Notes under the pieces: model-generated
What the model was told of the DNA's origin: nothing
Database searches by the model: none
What the model saw: the letters and a program-made list of their open reading frames with translations, nothing else
Shown: positions 29,070 through 43,117 of the stretch, one piece after another
How positions within the stretch are numbered: position 1 is the stretch's first letter
Layout of the letters: every line of letters begins with the position of its first letter
Program-made: the position numbers and the translations under genes
Source of the DNA: Eledone cirrhosa
Taxonomy: Eukaryota
DNA: 64,000 bases
Assembly: GCA_964016885.1 (NCBI GenBank)
Contig: OZ024745.1
Coordinates: 83,762,001-83,826,000, forward strand
Direction: 5' to 3'

Positions 29070-30020
29070 CAGATCTTCAGTCACTATGAGGAACAAGTTT
29101 GTTTTTTTTAATTATCAGGCAATAATACTTCTGATGAATATGGATGTTTTGTACAGAGACACTTAGAGGCTGCTGAAAGGTTCGTACCAATTAAGAAAAG
29201 TGAAAAGGTTAGAATAATTGCCAACGCTAGAGGGCTGGATCCTGATGCATTGGAAGCCACTGTTTATGCAAACTTGACCGTTACAGATCGAAAACTTAGC
29301 ACGAACTTTAATGTGAGATATAACATTATTCATCGTGGATTGAAAAAGCTTGGTAAAGTGTCAAACAATGATTCCATCATCATCTCTCTGCATACAATCG
29401 CAAACAACGTGTTGACTGCTGAGCATCATCACGTTCTCGTGAGATGCAAATGCAGAGTCATTAGTGAAGATGTGTAATGGATACTTTACCATAATAGTAA
29501 GCGAATAGTCAGTGGCTTAGCAACCCAGATGTGGACTACACCCTAGGAACATTCTTGTGGGTGTGTGGTGGGATGTGCGTGGAATACTTCATCACGAGCT
29601 GATAGGAAATAATCAAACAATAAGTAATAAGCGAAGTCTATTCCCAACAGCTAAGACTTTTGAAAGCAGCTTTGAAGCAAGAAAGCCTATCATTAACAAA
29701 GATGATAACGCTAGACCTCACTCTGCATAAAAGACCAAAGATCTCATAGAAAAATATGCCTGAATAACCCGCCATAATTGCTCGGATGTCACACCAACAG
29801 ATTACCATCTCTTTAGAAGTTGGCAAAATGATTTGAGTGGATTAAGACTTACTTCAAAGGAGGTCGGAAATGGATTAGTTTCTTTTTATATTTCTCAAAA
29901 CTAAAGAATTTTATGAACGTGGCATTAAACAGATTATTGACAGATGAAAAGAGGTGATAGTCAAGAATGGTGTCTACATTAATGATTAAATAAATCTGAT
30001 ATTCTGAGTTTTATTGTTAT
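29070..30020 (+). mobile_element. Degenerate mariner transposase relic
   Basis: WILYHN, VWWDVRGILHHEL, DNARPH and TDYHLFRS-like motifs with frameshifts. Confidence 0.8.
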
Positions 30021-30073
30021 ATTGAACGGGGCAGGACTTTCTTTACAAAATTTACAAAGACATACATACGTAT

Positions 30074-30171
<98 letters not shown>

Positions 30172-30984
30172 AAAATTTGTTTTCGCTCTTAACATGGTCG
30201 ATACTTAATATCGTTTGCTTGCAAGCAAACAGCCTTTCCATGTCTACAATAACGAGACATCAAACGAGGAAAGCCATAATTAAAGCATTTTGAGTACAAT
30301 ATTTATTAAAACTTTAATGCATTTTAAACTAATATGTTTATCGAAATATTTAAAACCAAATAGTTCCTATTCAAAGATATGAAATGGTATATGAAATGAA
30401 TTCATAATTATCTTTCAAACTTTCAGTGAAATATCAATTAACAAAATAAATACGCAATTTTCACCTCCATTTCCTGGAGGTTTTGCTTAATGAAAGATCT
30501 TATGTAATAAACTAATGATGTGGTTGGTGAGTTGTGTTCGGTCTTTACTAGTTGAACCAATAATTTCACTAACATCTTGAGTGCAGTCTATATGTCTTGT
30601 TGACAAGATGTTTATTTTCTTTTTAAACATTTATAGATCAAATTACGTATTCATAGAAATACATTTTTTACAATTAAATCCGAATAACTACTATCCTGAA
30701 TTATCATTTATATTGCTAGTGAATAATACATACACATACGCGTGCGTGCACACACATACAAACACTCACATATACACTAACACACACACAGTCAAACAAA
30801 TACAAACCGACAGGCTCAAATATATATTTCCTTCTTCATCTTAGTCTATGTTTTGTACGACGTCAGCAGAGAATCGAAGTCGGATTGATCAAGGAAACAA
30901 TGTATTAGTTACAAATTAACCAAAGAAGTATGAAACAAGACTATATATCATATTCCAAATATCTGTAAAATAATTAATGTCTCG

Positions 30985-31130
30985 CTGGAGAGTCGGACAA
31001 CATACTTTGCGGTATATAGTAACGGCTCTTTATGTTCTGAGTTCAGATCCTACCCAATTTAGATTTGCCTATCATCCTTACGGAATCGATAAAATAAAGT
31101 ACCAGGAAGGCTGGGGCTGATTAAATCGAT
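30985..31130 (+). mobile_element. Degenerate SINE (main family)
   Basis: GAGAGTCGGAC..TCTGAGTTCAGATCC..ATCCTTACGGAATCGATAAAATAAAGTACC. Confidence 0.75.
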
Positions 31131-31637
31131 TTGCTGACCTTGTTTCCAATGTAGCATCGTTTGTCTGTGTTTTCTTTTCTTTATCTCTACAATGCATGAG
31201 GTCCGACGCTCTACCCATACTACGATCCAGATTTGCTTCGAATAGTAACGACACTATACTCAAATCAAAAGTGATTGCCTCTAGAATAAAAAGGAGACAG
31301 TATTAAGTAATGTAATTAGCCTCAGATATTCAATTCCTGAAAAACAAAACTGATGGTAACAGCCGATGTATTTTATAGGTTTGCATTCAGTGAATGAAGC
31401 CAGCTATCCTAATACAAATGGACGAGGATCATCCTCAATACTAAATTTGAGATATTCATCTCAATATATTTCACGCACTATTACTGTCAATGTTTATATA
31501 TACACTTACCTCCCTCCCCGCACACACACATGCATATAGAGATATATAAATACATATATACATATAAATATATATATGGAAATAGAGAGAGAGAGAGTGG
31601 GAGGGCGAGAGAGAGAAATATATATGTATACATATAT

Positions 31638-31718
<81 letters not shown>

Positions 31719-31799
31719 GTTTTTCTTGGTCGGTCTACTTCTACTGCGGCGTCTTTGCGGCCTGCCTCTTAGCACATACACATACATACATATATCTGC

Positions 31800-32970
31800 A
31801 TGAAACAGAGAAGATCATGAGAGTTGGGAAGGAACTCCTCGAGTGATATTCCCTGTGTGATAATCAAAAACTCACACCCAGGGAAGTCGCTCAGCAGTAT
31901 CGCAGTGAATCCATGGATGAAAAACTGCATGCTTATCAGCAAAAAATCATGCATGGATATGTTGCCAGGAAGCTCCAGACTGAGAGTAATATAGAATAGG
32001 AAAGTAGTCTATCTTGGACCAACCACCGCTATATGGCTCCAACTTTGAAGGATACGTTTTTGCAATCCAAGAACAGGAGATTAACACGAAATACCTGATT
32101 CACAAAAGAGATAGGGATGCAGGCAAAACACCTACATGTGATAACAAGTGCAGACTCTGCAGAACTAACATCGAGGATATCACCCATGTCTTCAGCAGGT
32201 GTCCAAAGATGTCATCGCGGTGCTATCTACCTATGACGCATGATGTAGTGGCCAAAACACAGTACAATGCAGTTCGTAAAAAACATAGCCCGATAATAAA
32301 CACATTAAAAGCTTTAGCAATGTTGAAGACATCCTTATACATAATATGAAAGAGTACTGGTGAAATCTTCCAGTAAAAACCCCAATAAATTGCAGGCATA
32401 ACATAACCAGATATTATGATATGGGACAGGGAGAAAAAAGCATGCACAGTAGTGGAAATTAGCTGCCCAGCAGATGCCAATATAATATCAAAGATTAGTG
32501 AAAAGGAGAATATTTATGCAAACTGATGAGAAATCTGCAGATACTCCACCCTGATTACACCTTCAGATTTACGCCTGTGATTATTGGGGCACTGGGGTAT
32601 GTTAGTAACTGCCTCAATACAAATCTTAAGAAGCTAGGCTTCACAGGAACAGAAAGAACGCAACTAGTTAGGAAATTAAAAGTAGAATCTATTAATGGAA
32701 CAGTAAAAATATGTAAAACATTCCAAAACTTGTTCATCTAATAACTGCATATACACATATACAGATACAAACGTATACACATGCACACATACAACTCAAA
32801 ACATACACATCCACACATACAATAACATCCATATCTACACATACAGACATACATACGTAATCTACCTAGTTGATGTTGTGTAAATTCCAATGAGAGAGAC
32901 TTGTGTCTATGTTAGAAACCCACTCTCTCTCTATTGGTAAAAATTTGTGAAATTATAAAACCAGAACATA
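31800..32970 (+). mobile_element. 5'-truncated R4/Dong-like LINE 3' part (CCHC plus RLE)
   Basis: AIQEQEI.TK, CRLCRTNIEDITHVFSRC, (R)HDVVA, PDIMIWD..VVEISCPAD, PVIIGALG. Confidence 0.85.
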
Positions 32971-33029
32971 TATAGATACATATACGGTATATACACACGT
33001 ATATATATATATATATATATATGAAAAAA

Positions 33030-33545
33030 TGGGGAGAAGAATACTGCAGGTTGCACATGGATAACATGTTATAAAATGAGTCCCTCATCAGTGATTTGCC
33101 AACGATCATAGATATTTCATTGCATTAAAAATCATATACCTCACGTTGGTGCAATAATAACTAAATTAAGTTATTAGGACAATTAAAACGCGTAAAGCGA
33201 GTGAGACAAGTAAACAACAAAGAGAAAAGCTAACCGTAGATAGGAAGGGCACAAGCTACATAGTTATTCTGTCAGCATAAGCTGGGTGAATATATGAGCG
33301 CGTAGGAAAAGACCTTTCGAGATGAATCCAAATGTAAGAAAGAAGGAAATTGTATTCGTCGCGACCGGGGTGAAGTGAGAAGGGGGAGAAACAGTGAGTG
33401 AGTGAGTGGAAGTGTGAGGAAGAGGTCAGTAGAGAGAAAGTGTTAACTGACATGACAGAGGGGGCGAAAGAAAGTAAGAGAAACAGAGAGAACGAGGGAG
33501 CAGTAAGAGAGAGAGAGAGAAAAACAGAATCGCAGTTTAGGTAAA
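33030..33545 (-). mobile_element. Diverged inverted copy of the 33646-34271 element
   Basis: Reverse complement aligns by eye with ~33760-34265. Confidence 0.75.
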
Positions 33546-33645
33546 TATAATATATATATATATATATATATATAAATATATATATGTACATATGTATATA
33601 TACATTTATATATACATACATATATATATATATAAATATATATAT

Positions 33646-34268
33646 ATGAAATACCAATGATGGTGGGAAAATCACTGACGAAGGACTATCTTTATCATAT
33701 GTAACCCATGTGCAAATCACGCCGTATTCTTCTTTCTTCTCATGTTTTTCATATATATTTACCTCGGCTCCGTCTGTCTGTTTTTCTCTTACTGCTTCCC
33801 AGCTCTCTCTGTTTCTCTCACCTTCTTTCGCCCCTTCTGTCAGTTACACTTTCTCTCGACTGACCTCTTCCTCACACTTCCACTCACCCACTCTCTGTTT
33901 CTCCCCTACTCACTTCCTCCCGTTTGGCTTGTGTGGGTCTCTTCTTGCTCACATCTCACACAAATCAACACGGTCTGTACCTCTCACGCTCATGAACTCC
34001 ACCCAGATTATGCTGACCGGACAACCATGTTGCTTGTTTATTTTCCTATCTTCGGTTTGCTTTTATCCTTCTATGTTGTTTACTTGTCCCCCTCGCCTTA
34101 CGCGAATTCTGGTCCCGATAACTTTTTTTAGTTATTGCTCGCACCAACCTGGGGTATCTGATTTTTAATGTGATGAAATACCAATGATGGTTGGAAAATC
34201 ACTGACGAAGGACTATCTTTATCATATGTAACCCATGTGCAAACCACGCAGTATTCTTCTTTCTTCTC

Positions 34269-34271
<3 letters not shown>
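33646..34271 (+). mobile_element. Non-coding retrozyme-like element with ~99-bp terminal direct repeats (527-bp period)
   Basis: ATGAAATACCAATGATGG..ATCACTGACGAAGGACTATC..TTCTTCTCATG at 33646-33744 and 34173-34271; (TA)n on both sides. Confidence 0.8.
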
Positions 34272-34342
<71 letters not shown>

Positions 34343-34350
<8 letters not shown>

Positions 34351-34510
34351 ACAGATTAAAGTTTAAAGGTGAAGGCAGCGATTCTTTGCTTAAACTTTAA
34401 TCTGTTATTTTATAAATATTCGCTCTACGGTCTTATATATTTGATATATATTTATCCTTATCGAGCCTTCTTTGGAATTTAGTCTTCACATTTATTATTA
34501 TTACTATAGT
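34343..34510 (+). mobile_element. Tiny hairpin-plus-tail insertion of the 3796-5706 PLE 3' end
   Basis: 24-bp arms at 34343-34366 and 34390-34413; 34368-34412 is the reverse complement of 3796-3840. Confidence 0.8.
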
Positions 34511-34744
34511 AATATATATATATAGAGAGAGAGAGAGGTAGAGAGGGGGGAGACACAGAATAGTGTATGTTTCTTTACAGGAATTTCAAACCATCAGCGT
34601 GAAAAGAATATAAGCTAGTAGAGAGCTCATTTAATTACAGGATTATATGCGAGTCCTTTGCTCCGTTATTTTACTATATATATATATATATATATATTTA
34701 ATGACCTGAATGCGCTTAGCATATATATATATACATACATACAT

Positions 34745-34832
34745 TGCCTTTAATCCTTACGGGGTCGATAAAATAAAGTACCAGTAATGTACTGGGTAAT
34801 GCTGGCCTTGTGCCTAAAATAGAAACAATTAT
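34745..34832 (+). mobile_element. SINE 3' fragment
   Basis: GCCTTTAATCCTTACGGGGTCGATAAAATAAAGTACC..AGAAACAATTAT. Confidence 0.85.
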
Positions 34833-36380
34833 ATATAGCGAGATAGATAGAAAAGGAGAGAGGCATGGAGAGCAAGAGAGAGAGAGAATGAGAGAGAGAG
34901 AAAATGATGTGTTGGTTAAATATTTTCAGTTATAAAGGGAAAAAACACCATGAAAATTATGCAGATCAATTTGCGCGGGCAATAGTGTCACCAACTACGT
35001 CCAAAGGAGGATATGATAAAATGGGTGGTATTAGGAGTTGGCACCTACATTACCCTGGATAGAAAGAAAATTGTACACAATTAATGAATAATTACTCGCT
35101 GTTTCTGGGAAAATGCTATGACCGTACCTAATACAGAAACATGATAATGTTTCTTACAAATATCTTGGTGAATATTTTAAGCTATGATCATGATACACCA
35201 TCATAGTAGAAGTGCAAGTGTGTCAAACACGTGTTTTTTGTCAGCTCTTTCCTTGTGTGATTCTATATGATTTACTGTGACAAATATTGATATAAACTGA
35301 ATCGTGTTGGTTCGAGTTTTTCTTGAAAATTCCTGCGGGCTTACTTTCTTTAGTAATATCCTTTCATAGCTTACTCAAGTTTTATTCAGTCAACCAACCG
35401 ATAATATGTTATTGGAAGTAACGACAGAGAGATATCTATACCTAAAATGTCTTTTATAGCATTCAATACTGAGTTAATCATCTATTGAACATTGGAAGGA
35501 AATAATTATCACAAAATCCGATTCACATGAAACATCATTTAGATAAAATTTACAGAGCTTATATAAACAATAATTCCCTGAATTGTTAAACTAACACTTG
35601 ATATTGTTTTTGTTGAAAAGGACATTGTAATTGCTCTTGGCTCTTAAATATATTAAAAAATTGAGGATAATCTGGGTACTCCTCTCTCTTACGCTTCAAT
35701 ATTATCTCTTTCCTTCCACACACATTCAGATCTATATTCTTAGAGTTACTGTAATTCTTTAAAACCATTTTTCTCTTCAACAAATAGCATGGTTTGTCGC
35801 CTCCCAGGAAAATACTTTACCTCATGAATATTTTGTTTCAATGTCGATTTTGGTATTGTCATTTGGCTTAATAAAATATGTTATACATAATGAATTTAGG
35901 TTTTACAGGATTACTCAAATCTTTAAAAACATGTTTTTTAATAGCACTAACTTTTTTGTTACTTGCTCAGATAATCATTACTTTACAGACAAATCATGAC
36001 TAACATTACACTAACTCAGAAAAGACACATTCTAGTTGTTGACTTAAGGGCAAAACATAGGGATTAAAAGATTGTTCGTTTCCTGAACGTTGCACACTTG
36101 TTTGTTGTCAAAGATCACAAAGAGCTGAATCCCACAGCAGTAGCCAAACATAAAACGTCTTCTAAGTCTCTTTATACCATCAGAGTGCCTTGACGCTTAT
36201 CAGCCTGGGGCATATTCTGGTTTTACTGTCGTTAAGAGACTGAGAAACAAGGCTCACCCTTGGACGGAAAATCCTATATGTCATAGAGTAACAACTTGCT
36301 GCAGAACAGACTGGAACAACGGGAACGTGAAATGCAATGTCTTGCCCAAGGATAGAAACAAGTTTTCACTGTCGTTGAAA

Positions 36381-36520
36381 GGGGCGGTGGATTGGCAGTA
36401 TCGGTAGAGGGTCGGACGTCATGCTTTGCAACATAGAATTATGTCTCTGAGTTCAAATCCAACCGAGGTTAACTTTGCCTTTCATCCTTACCGGGTGGAT
36501 AAACTAAAGCACCGGTATTA
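36381..36520 (+). mobile_element. SINE, 3'-truncated
   Basis: GGGCGGTGGATTGGCAGTATCGG head and GTTCAAATCC B-box. Confidence 0.85.
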
Positions 36521-37017
36521 GCTGATTGAGTGAGTATCCTACCGCAATATTTGTGTTTGGGTTTTTTTCATGAGATTGAACAATTCTGGTTCATTAGTTG
36601 TAACTAAGGGATGTATTTCTCAGATAATAGTTAACTTATTAAATAGATTTTTTAGAAGAACACATTCTGTTATCAGAAACATCGCGGTAAAATTGAGAAT
36701 TAATTCATTATTGTGTCGAGTTCAATAGAAAATCTACTGCAATGGATGAGAAAAAACTTCAGTATTTAGTCTCAAAAAACTCTACCCGTTTTGACTGCTT
36801 GCATTGGATCTGTGCTGTTTAAACAGCAACTGGGTACTACTCCCAACTACGATTTAACAACTTTGGAGTAATTGTGGTCCGAATCTATATTAATACTAAA
36901 TCTCTTAATTGGTTGACACGTGTTTTGTAAAAAATAATTACTCTTATAATTAAATGCAAATACTAAACAGGAAAAGCATACCGATTAATCAGCTGTTATT
37001 TTCTGTTATTATCATCA

Positions 37018-37240
37018 GGGTGGTATATTGGCAGTATCAGTAGAGCGTCGGACACCAGTCTTTGCAGCATAGAGTTACGGCCCTTTACGGTCTGAGTTCA
37101 AAATCGCCGAGGTTTGCTTTGGCTTTCATCGTTACGGAGTCGATAAAATAAAGCACCAGTAATGCTCTGGGGTTGATTTAATCGGCTTTCCCTTTTCCCA
37201 AAATTGCTGGTCTTGTGCTTAAATCAAAAACCATTATCAT
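37018..37240 (+). mobile_element. SINE (longer subfamily)
   Basis: Same head and body as the array units, with an extra segment before AATTGCTGG. Confidence 0.85.
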
Positions 37241-37991
37241 AAGTATACAAGTATACTTTGGCGCTTGTTTTTTCAGTATGATTTCAAATGTTTCATGTAA
37301 GAAGAGGTATGCTAATATAACATTGTACCCACAAAGCACTTGGTTCTAGTTTCGGTAGAGTTAAATGGACGTGATGTCATTTTCTTCACGAATATTACAC
37401 GCAGGTGGTTGCAATATCGCATATATCATCTTATGTATGAGATTTATGAGCTGGTAGTGCTCTATTTCCTTCGGCCAAATCTTTCACCTCTACCAATCAT
37501 AAATAAGTCATAAACTAATTTGTAAATTTGAATTATAACCCTTCAGTTGCTTTACGTTGTGTCAACTAGAAGATAGAACTAATATTGTTTTGTTAAAACA
37601 CAATTTCCCCGTACAACTGAGTCAATTAATTTAAATAGGTGATTACATACATTTGGACGTCCTCTCCACATAACATCAAACATTCCTCTTAGTTATTTGA
37701 AACCTAAACATCTCGACGTTAAAACTTCAAACGTTTCTGGTAATTCTATTAAATTACGCTGAAAATCAAATTCCCCGAATCCTTATCACGACTGAGGAGT
37801 AAATTGTTTTTAATGTTTCGTTTTCGTTCTCAAACGTAGTTGTGATTTTAATTTAATGTAGCTATTTCTACAGCCTGCAAGTATATGCTCCAAGTCATAT
37901 ATAGAAGACTGCCACAAGCACTCAATGAGATTGTAATTAATGAATTTCTCCTCACAGTTAACACAAGATGTGATGTATATTTTTTTATACA

Positions 37992-38087
<96 letters not shown>

Positions 38088-38209
38088 TACATATATAAAT
38101 ATATAAGAATAAGAAAATCTCGCTATGAATATTTAAAGTTGTTATCATGTCAGCTATCTTAGTAGCTGTCTGAGAATGTGAGGCACGTATTTCTGGAATG
38201 TTATCCATC

Positions 38210-38700
38210 ATCAGTGTCTTTTACTCAATCGTTAAAGTTTATATACATTTTAACGTGTGAAACATCGGCTGAAGATGCTCATTTGCGAGCTTCTTTGTAA
38301 GTAAGGGTGAGGGCGGTGGATTGGCAGTATGGGTAGAGTTCGGACACCATGCTTTGCAGCATAGAGTTACTGCCTTTTATGATCTGAATTCAAATCCCGC
38401 CAAGGTTAACTTTGACTTTGATCCTTACGGGGTCGATAAAATAAAGTACCAGTCACGCACTGGGATCGTTTTAATCGACTTTCTCCTCCCGCCAAATTGC
38501 TGGACTTGTTCCTATATAAGAAACCGTTATTAAGTAAGGGTAGCCGGTCAAGCTCGCATTATATACAAATGAGCTTCACAAGCCAGTTTTTTTTTATTAT
38601 TTGCAGTATATCCAAATGAGCATCTCCAGCCGATGTTTCATACACAAAAATGTATATACGTTATAGCTTATTATGTCAATTGCAATTGAGTAAACATCAG
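38210..38700. repeat. MITE-like imperfect inverted repeat interrupted by a SINE
   Basis: TATACATTTT..TGAAACATCGGCTGAAGATGCTCATTTG (~38242-38285) versus CAAATGAGCATCTCCAGCCGATGTTTCA..AAAATGTATA (~38613-38657). Confidence 0.7.
38309..38530 (+). mobile_element. Full-length SINE with 11-bp TSD
   Basis: TAAGTAAGGGT at 38298-38308 and 38531-38541. Confidence 0.92.
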
Positions 38701-38813
38701 CGGTGGCGGCTGGAAATTAGAAAAGGGTGTCTAATTTTCTCACGCGACAATATAGACAGCTGTGACATGATCACGGATTAAAAAGTTCATTGAGAATCTC
38801 TTGAACATTTGCT

Positions 38814-38894
<81 letters not shown>

Positions 38895-38925
38895 TATATA
38901 TATAGTTATATACATAAGGCAATTA

Positions 38926-38985
38926 TTTCATTTACCACTGGTTTCTTGAAAGCAAACAAATGTTGTTTCAATCATCAGAATGAAA
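38926..38985 (-). ncRNA. Type I hammerhead ribozyme (family H1)
   Basis: Minus strand: tttcatt-CTGATGA-ttgaaa caa catttgt ttg c tttcaa-GAAA-cc agt gg-TA-aatgaaa; 7-bp helix I; GUA triplet. Confidence 0.88.
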
Positions 38986-39539
38986 AGATCCTGGTGTATT
39001 TATTGACATTGGATTTTAAAAACAAAAATATAATCTACATGAAAGTGAGGCTGGAAGAAGAAGAAGGAAAGGAAAAATAAACACACATGCACACACACAC
39101 ACACACACATAATTACATACACACACATATATACATATACATATATATACATACATATACACATATATATATATATACATACATGCACATATACACGTAC
39201 AAATACACATACATATACATATATATACATATTCACATATATATCAACATATCCATACATACACACAAATACACAAACACACACACACACATGTATATAT
39301 ATATATAAGAGAGTATTGAAGTTTGCTTGAAGCATTGTGGAATAATAAGTAAATATCTTTAAGTCGTTTGGAAGCCTCGACAATGCAAATGGGTAAATCT
39401 CCGGGTAACAAGATCCGGTGGTAGAGAGAGAGATGCGTGGTGTGTATAAGATGTATAGAAGAATGAAGGAAAGAGTATAAAGGATAAAATTAAAATAACA
39501 ACACGAGAGAGAGAGTTACCTTGGGAGAGATTTAATTGT

Positions 39540-39575
39540 CCCTATATATTTCGGATTCACATCCATCAACTGGGG
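39540..39575 (-). ncRNA. Hammerhead-like motif with variant core CAGTTGA in PLE 3'UTR
   Basis: Minus strand: ccc-CAGTTGA-t ggat GTGA atcc-GAAA-tata-TA-ggg; ~400 nt downstream of the PLE stop codon. Confidence 0.5.
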
Positions 39576-39925
39576 TTTTTTCCGTGGTGGGGGAAAGGTT
39601 GTCTGTCGGAAAAGTGCGAAACGCGTCCTCCGCTGTTTGTTGTTTTGAATATCTGAGGTATTCAGTAAAGCGCGCGTGCGCGTGAAATGGGGTCGGTCGG
39701 GCAGAGGTCAGCGGCCGAATGAGGGAGTGGGGTGGCGCTAGCTGTCAATCCATTCTCTGCCTGTTTGTTAAATGTTACTCTGTGTGTGTGTGCGTGTGTT
39801 GTTGTCTCGCTTGAGTGTGTGTGTGTGCACGTGTGTTGTTGCCTTGTTCCTCTGTATTGGCAGTGTAGTATGTTCGTATGGTGGAATGCTACTGTGTGTG
39901 TGTGCGTCTGTGTGTGTAGTTGTCT

Positions 39926-39963
<38 letters not shown>

Positions 39964-39981
39964 GCTGCATCGTTTGTTAAC

Positions 39982-41710
39982 TTAAACCAGCCATCTCATT
40001 TCGCTTCCCTCGGATCGATTGTTTATTTGCGGTTGCAGGCGTTTGATAAAAAGCGCTTCCTTGATACGTAACGTGCCGACGTTTCTTTCGGTTGCTAGAA
40101 TTGTGACAATGAGCCTTCCGTCTTTGTTTCCGCATTTGTCTATGTGTTTCCGGAAAGACGAGGCCCTGGTTTTACTGTGTTCCTTGATCCGGATGTGCAA
40201 CGGTCGGATTGTGCTACCTATGTAGTATTGGTTGCACTTGTTACATTCTATCTTATACACGACGTATGTGCGTAGGCAACAGTTCGCATGGCGTATCGGC
40301 CAGTTTCTGAGGGAGCATGCGTCAGTAGATTTCCCGGGTTTCCTGGAGAGGCATCTTCGCAGGGAGGGGCTCGAGTGGGCCAGGTGGATGTCGAGGCCCT
40401 CCCTCCGTATAGCCTTGCGGATAGCGTTGGTGGTATTCTCGCCCAGGTGTGGCATTTTAAGGAAGCACTTGCCTTGGGTGCCTCTCTGTCTCTTGTGACT
40501 GGTGTCTCCTATTCTGTCTGTGAGTGAGGTAGGGTACCCGTTCGTCTCCAGCACCTCGAGGAATCGCTTGGTATGAGTGACACCACTCGCGGGATCGCTG
40601 CATCTGTTTTTGATTCGCACGATCTCGTTCGTGATGTATCCTCTTTTGGCACTGTTAGGGAGGGCGGACTTGTAGTGAACGAACAGGTCCCTGCAGGCTG
40701 CCTTTTGGTAGAAGTTGCAGTGGATCCTTCTCTGTTCCGTGATGTTGATTCGGAATTCGAGGAGGGCAAGTGACCCGTCTTCGTTGGGGTGTTCAACACT
40801 GAAGTCAATGTTCTCGTCCGTGTTGTTGAACGTCTCATAGATTCTGTTCGCGGTCTCTTGGGAAGATGTGAGGATGAGGATATCGTCCACGTACCTTGAG
40901 AAAAAGGCTACGGCGTTGGGGTGGCAGGCGTTGAGTGCCTTGCGCTCGAGGTTGTCCATGTAAGAGATCGCTAGCACACCTGACAGGCTTGATCCTATGG
41001 GCAATCCCGAGGTTTGTTGGTATGTTTGGTCAAGGAATCCGAAATAGGTGTTGTCGACGACGATGGATAGGAGTTGGTGGATGTCAGTGGTGGTGAGCCC
41101 GAAGCAGTGTAGGTCGGTGGATTGGACGCGTTCCATCAGTATATTGACGGCCGGGAGTGCCGGGACCGAGGTGTAGAGAGCGACTACATCAAGGCTGAAG
41201 GCATATCTGTTATTCCTTCTGGTGTCGGGATCCATTTGATACAGGCGCTTCAACACCTCCTCGGAGCTGTTAACGTGTCCCGGCAAGGTGTCTAAGATGG
41301 GTTTGAGTATTCTGGCTAGGAGCCATGACATTTTGTAGAGTAGTCCCTCCACGCTCGATACGATGGGCCTGATCTTCAGGTCGGGTCCCTGTTTGTGTGT
41401 TTTCACGAGGTGGTAGAAGGCGGGTAGTCTGCTGTTCCTCTTCAGGAGGTTGTATCTCAGCTTCTTGGGGAGCTTCCGCCGGTCGCAGATGTTGGTCCAG
41501 GCGGCGTTGATGTGCTCTTCTATCTGCGCGGGAGTGATTCCCGTGACCTTGGAGTAGAGGTTGTCATCGTCAAGGTGTTGGAGGGCCAGGTTGTTGTAGG
41601 CCTCTCTGCTGATGACGCAGAATTCTTTTCCCTTGTCGGAGGTGAGATAGATGAGGTTCTTCGATTTTAGGTTGGAGAGAGTGGTGAGTTGAGATTTGGT
41701 GAGGTTATGT
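39982..41710 (-). CDS. Penelope-like element RT plus C-terminal GIY-YIG endonuclease, open but 5'-truncated
   Basis: SDKG, KTHK, IRPIVS, SLDVVALYTSVP, GLPIGSSLS, RYVDDI, VVYKIECNKCNQYYIGST.RPL..RIKEH. The first ~50 aa of the track ORF are microsatellite. Confidence 0.92.
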
Positions 41711-42103
41711 GTTGTGCGTGTGTGTGTTTGTATATATATATATATATATATACATACACATAAGCATACATATATACACACGTACATACACACACAAACA
41801 TACACACATATATACAAGCATACATACGCATACACAAATATAGATATATGTACACACACCTACATACGCACACAATTATAAGAAAAAATATAATAATAAA
41901 AATACCGTCACATAAGAATAAAAATAAATGTAAAAATTATTATGAAGTTAACAGCGATACAGGCAACAAATAAATTAACAAACACACCTGGTAAGCAATA
42001 CACACAATTTCACATACACATACATACATAAAAATAAATACATACACACACACACATACACATACATATACATATACACATACATACACATACACATATA
42101 CAT

Positions 42104-42136
<33 letters not shown>

Positions 42137-42233
42137 CATATATATATACATACACACATACATATAAATACATACACACACATGTTTGTGTGTAACACTC
42201 ATTCTTAGATGTATTCATTGAACCTTGTTTAAC

Positions 42234-42304
<71 letters not shown>

Positions 42305-42476
42305 TTTTCAGCAAAAAAGCATAAAAAAATGCGAAACAGGGCACTGTCAGCTTTATCTCCCCTGTTTGCTGAAAATTAAAGTAAGTGAGACTGTCACTAC
42401 TATAAAACAACAGCATAGGGTCTTCGAAACGCTTTTAATTAAGCATACAGGTATTGTAAAATACACTATATATACA

Positions 42477-42534
<58 letters not shown>

Positions 42535-43054
42535 CATATACACACACATATATATATATATAAGAAAATACATAAATATTATGTATATATAAAAATAAAA
42601 AGGTGAAAGGGGTAAACAAATAGTTGGGAATACGACAAATAATAAATAAATAAATAATTAGAAAAGGGTATAAATGTTTATAGCTGATTTAGAGCACTCA
42701 ACAAGGTCCTGGAGCAAATGATCAATTAAAATAAGCATTTAATCACTGTATGTAATTATGCATATACACATATACACATATACACATATACATATATATA
42801 TACATACACTCACACACACACACACATAACCATACAAATACACACATATATACATACATATACATACATATACATATATATATACATATAGGAAAAAGTA
42901 TGACCCCGACGGCAGAGCTCAAGACGTATATATATATATACACACATAAACAATTATATAAATTATATAAAAATACACATATACACACACCAACACATAT
43001 CTGCAAAAAGTTACGTCACCACCTGAATAAAAATACACACACACAAATATAAAG

Positions 43055-43117
<63 letters not shown>

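Noticed and set aside
39982-41710. Telomerase RT or N-terminal-endonuclease (Naiad/Chlamys) PLE
   Set aside because: GIY-YIG is C-terminal to RT, the canonical PLE layout.
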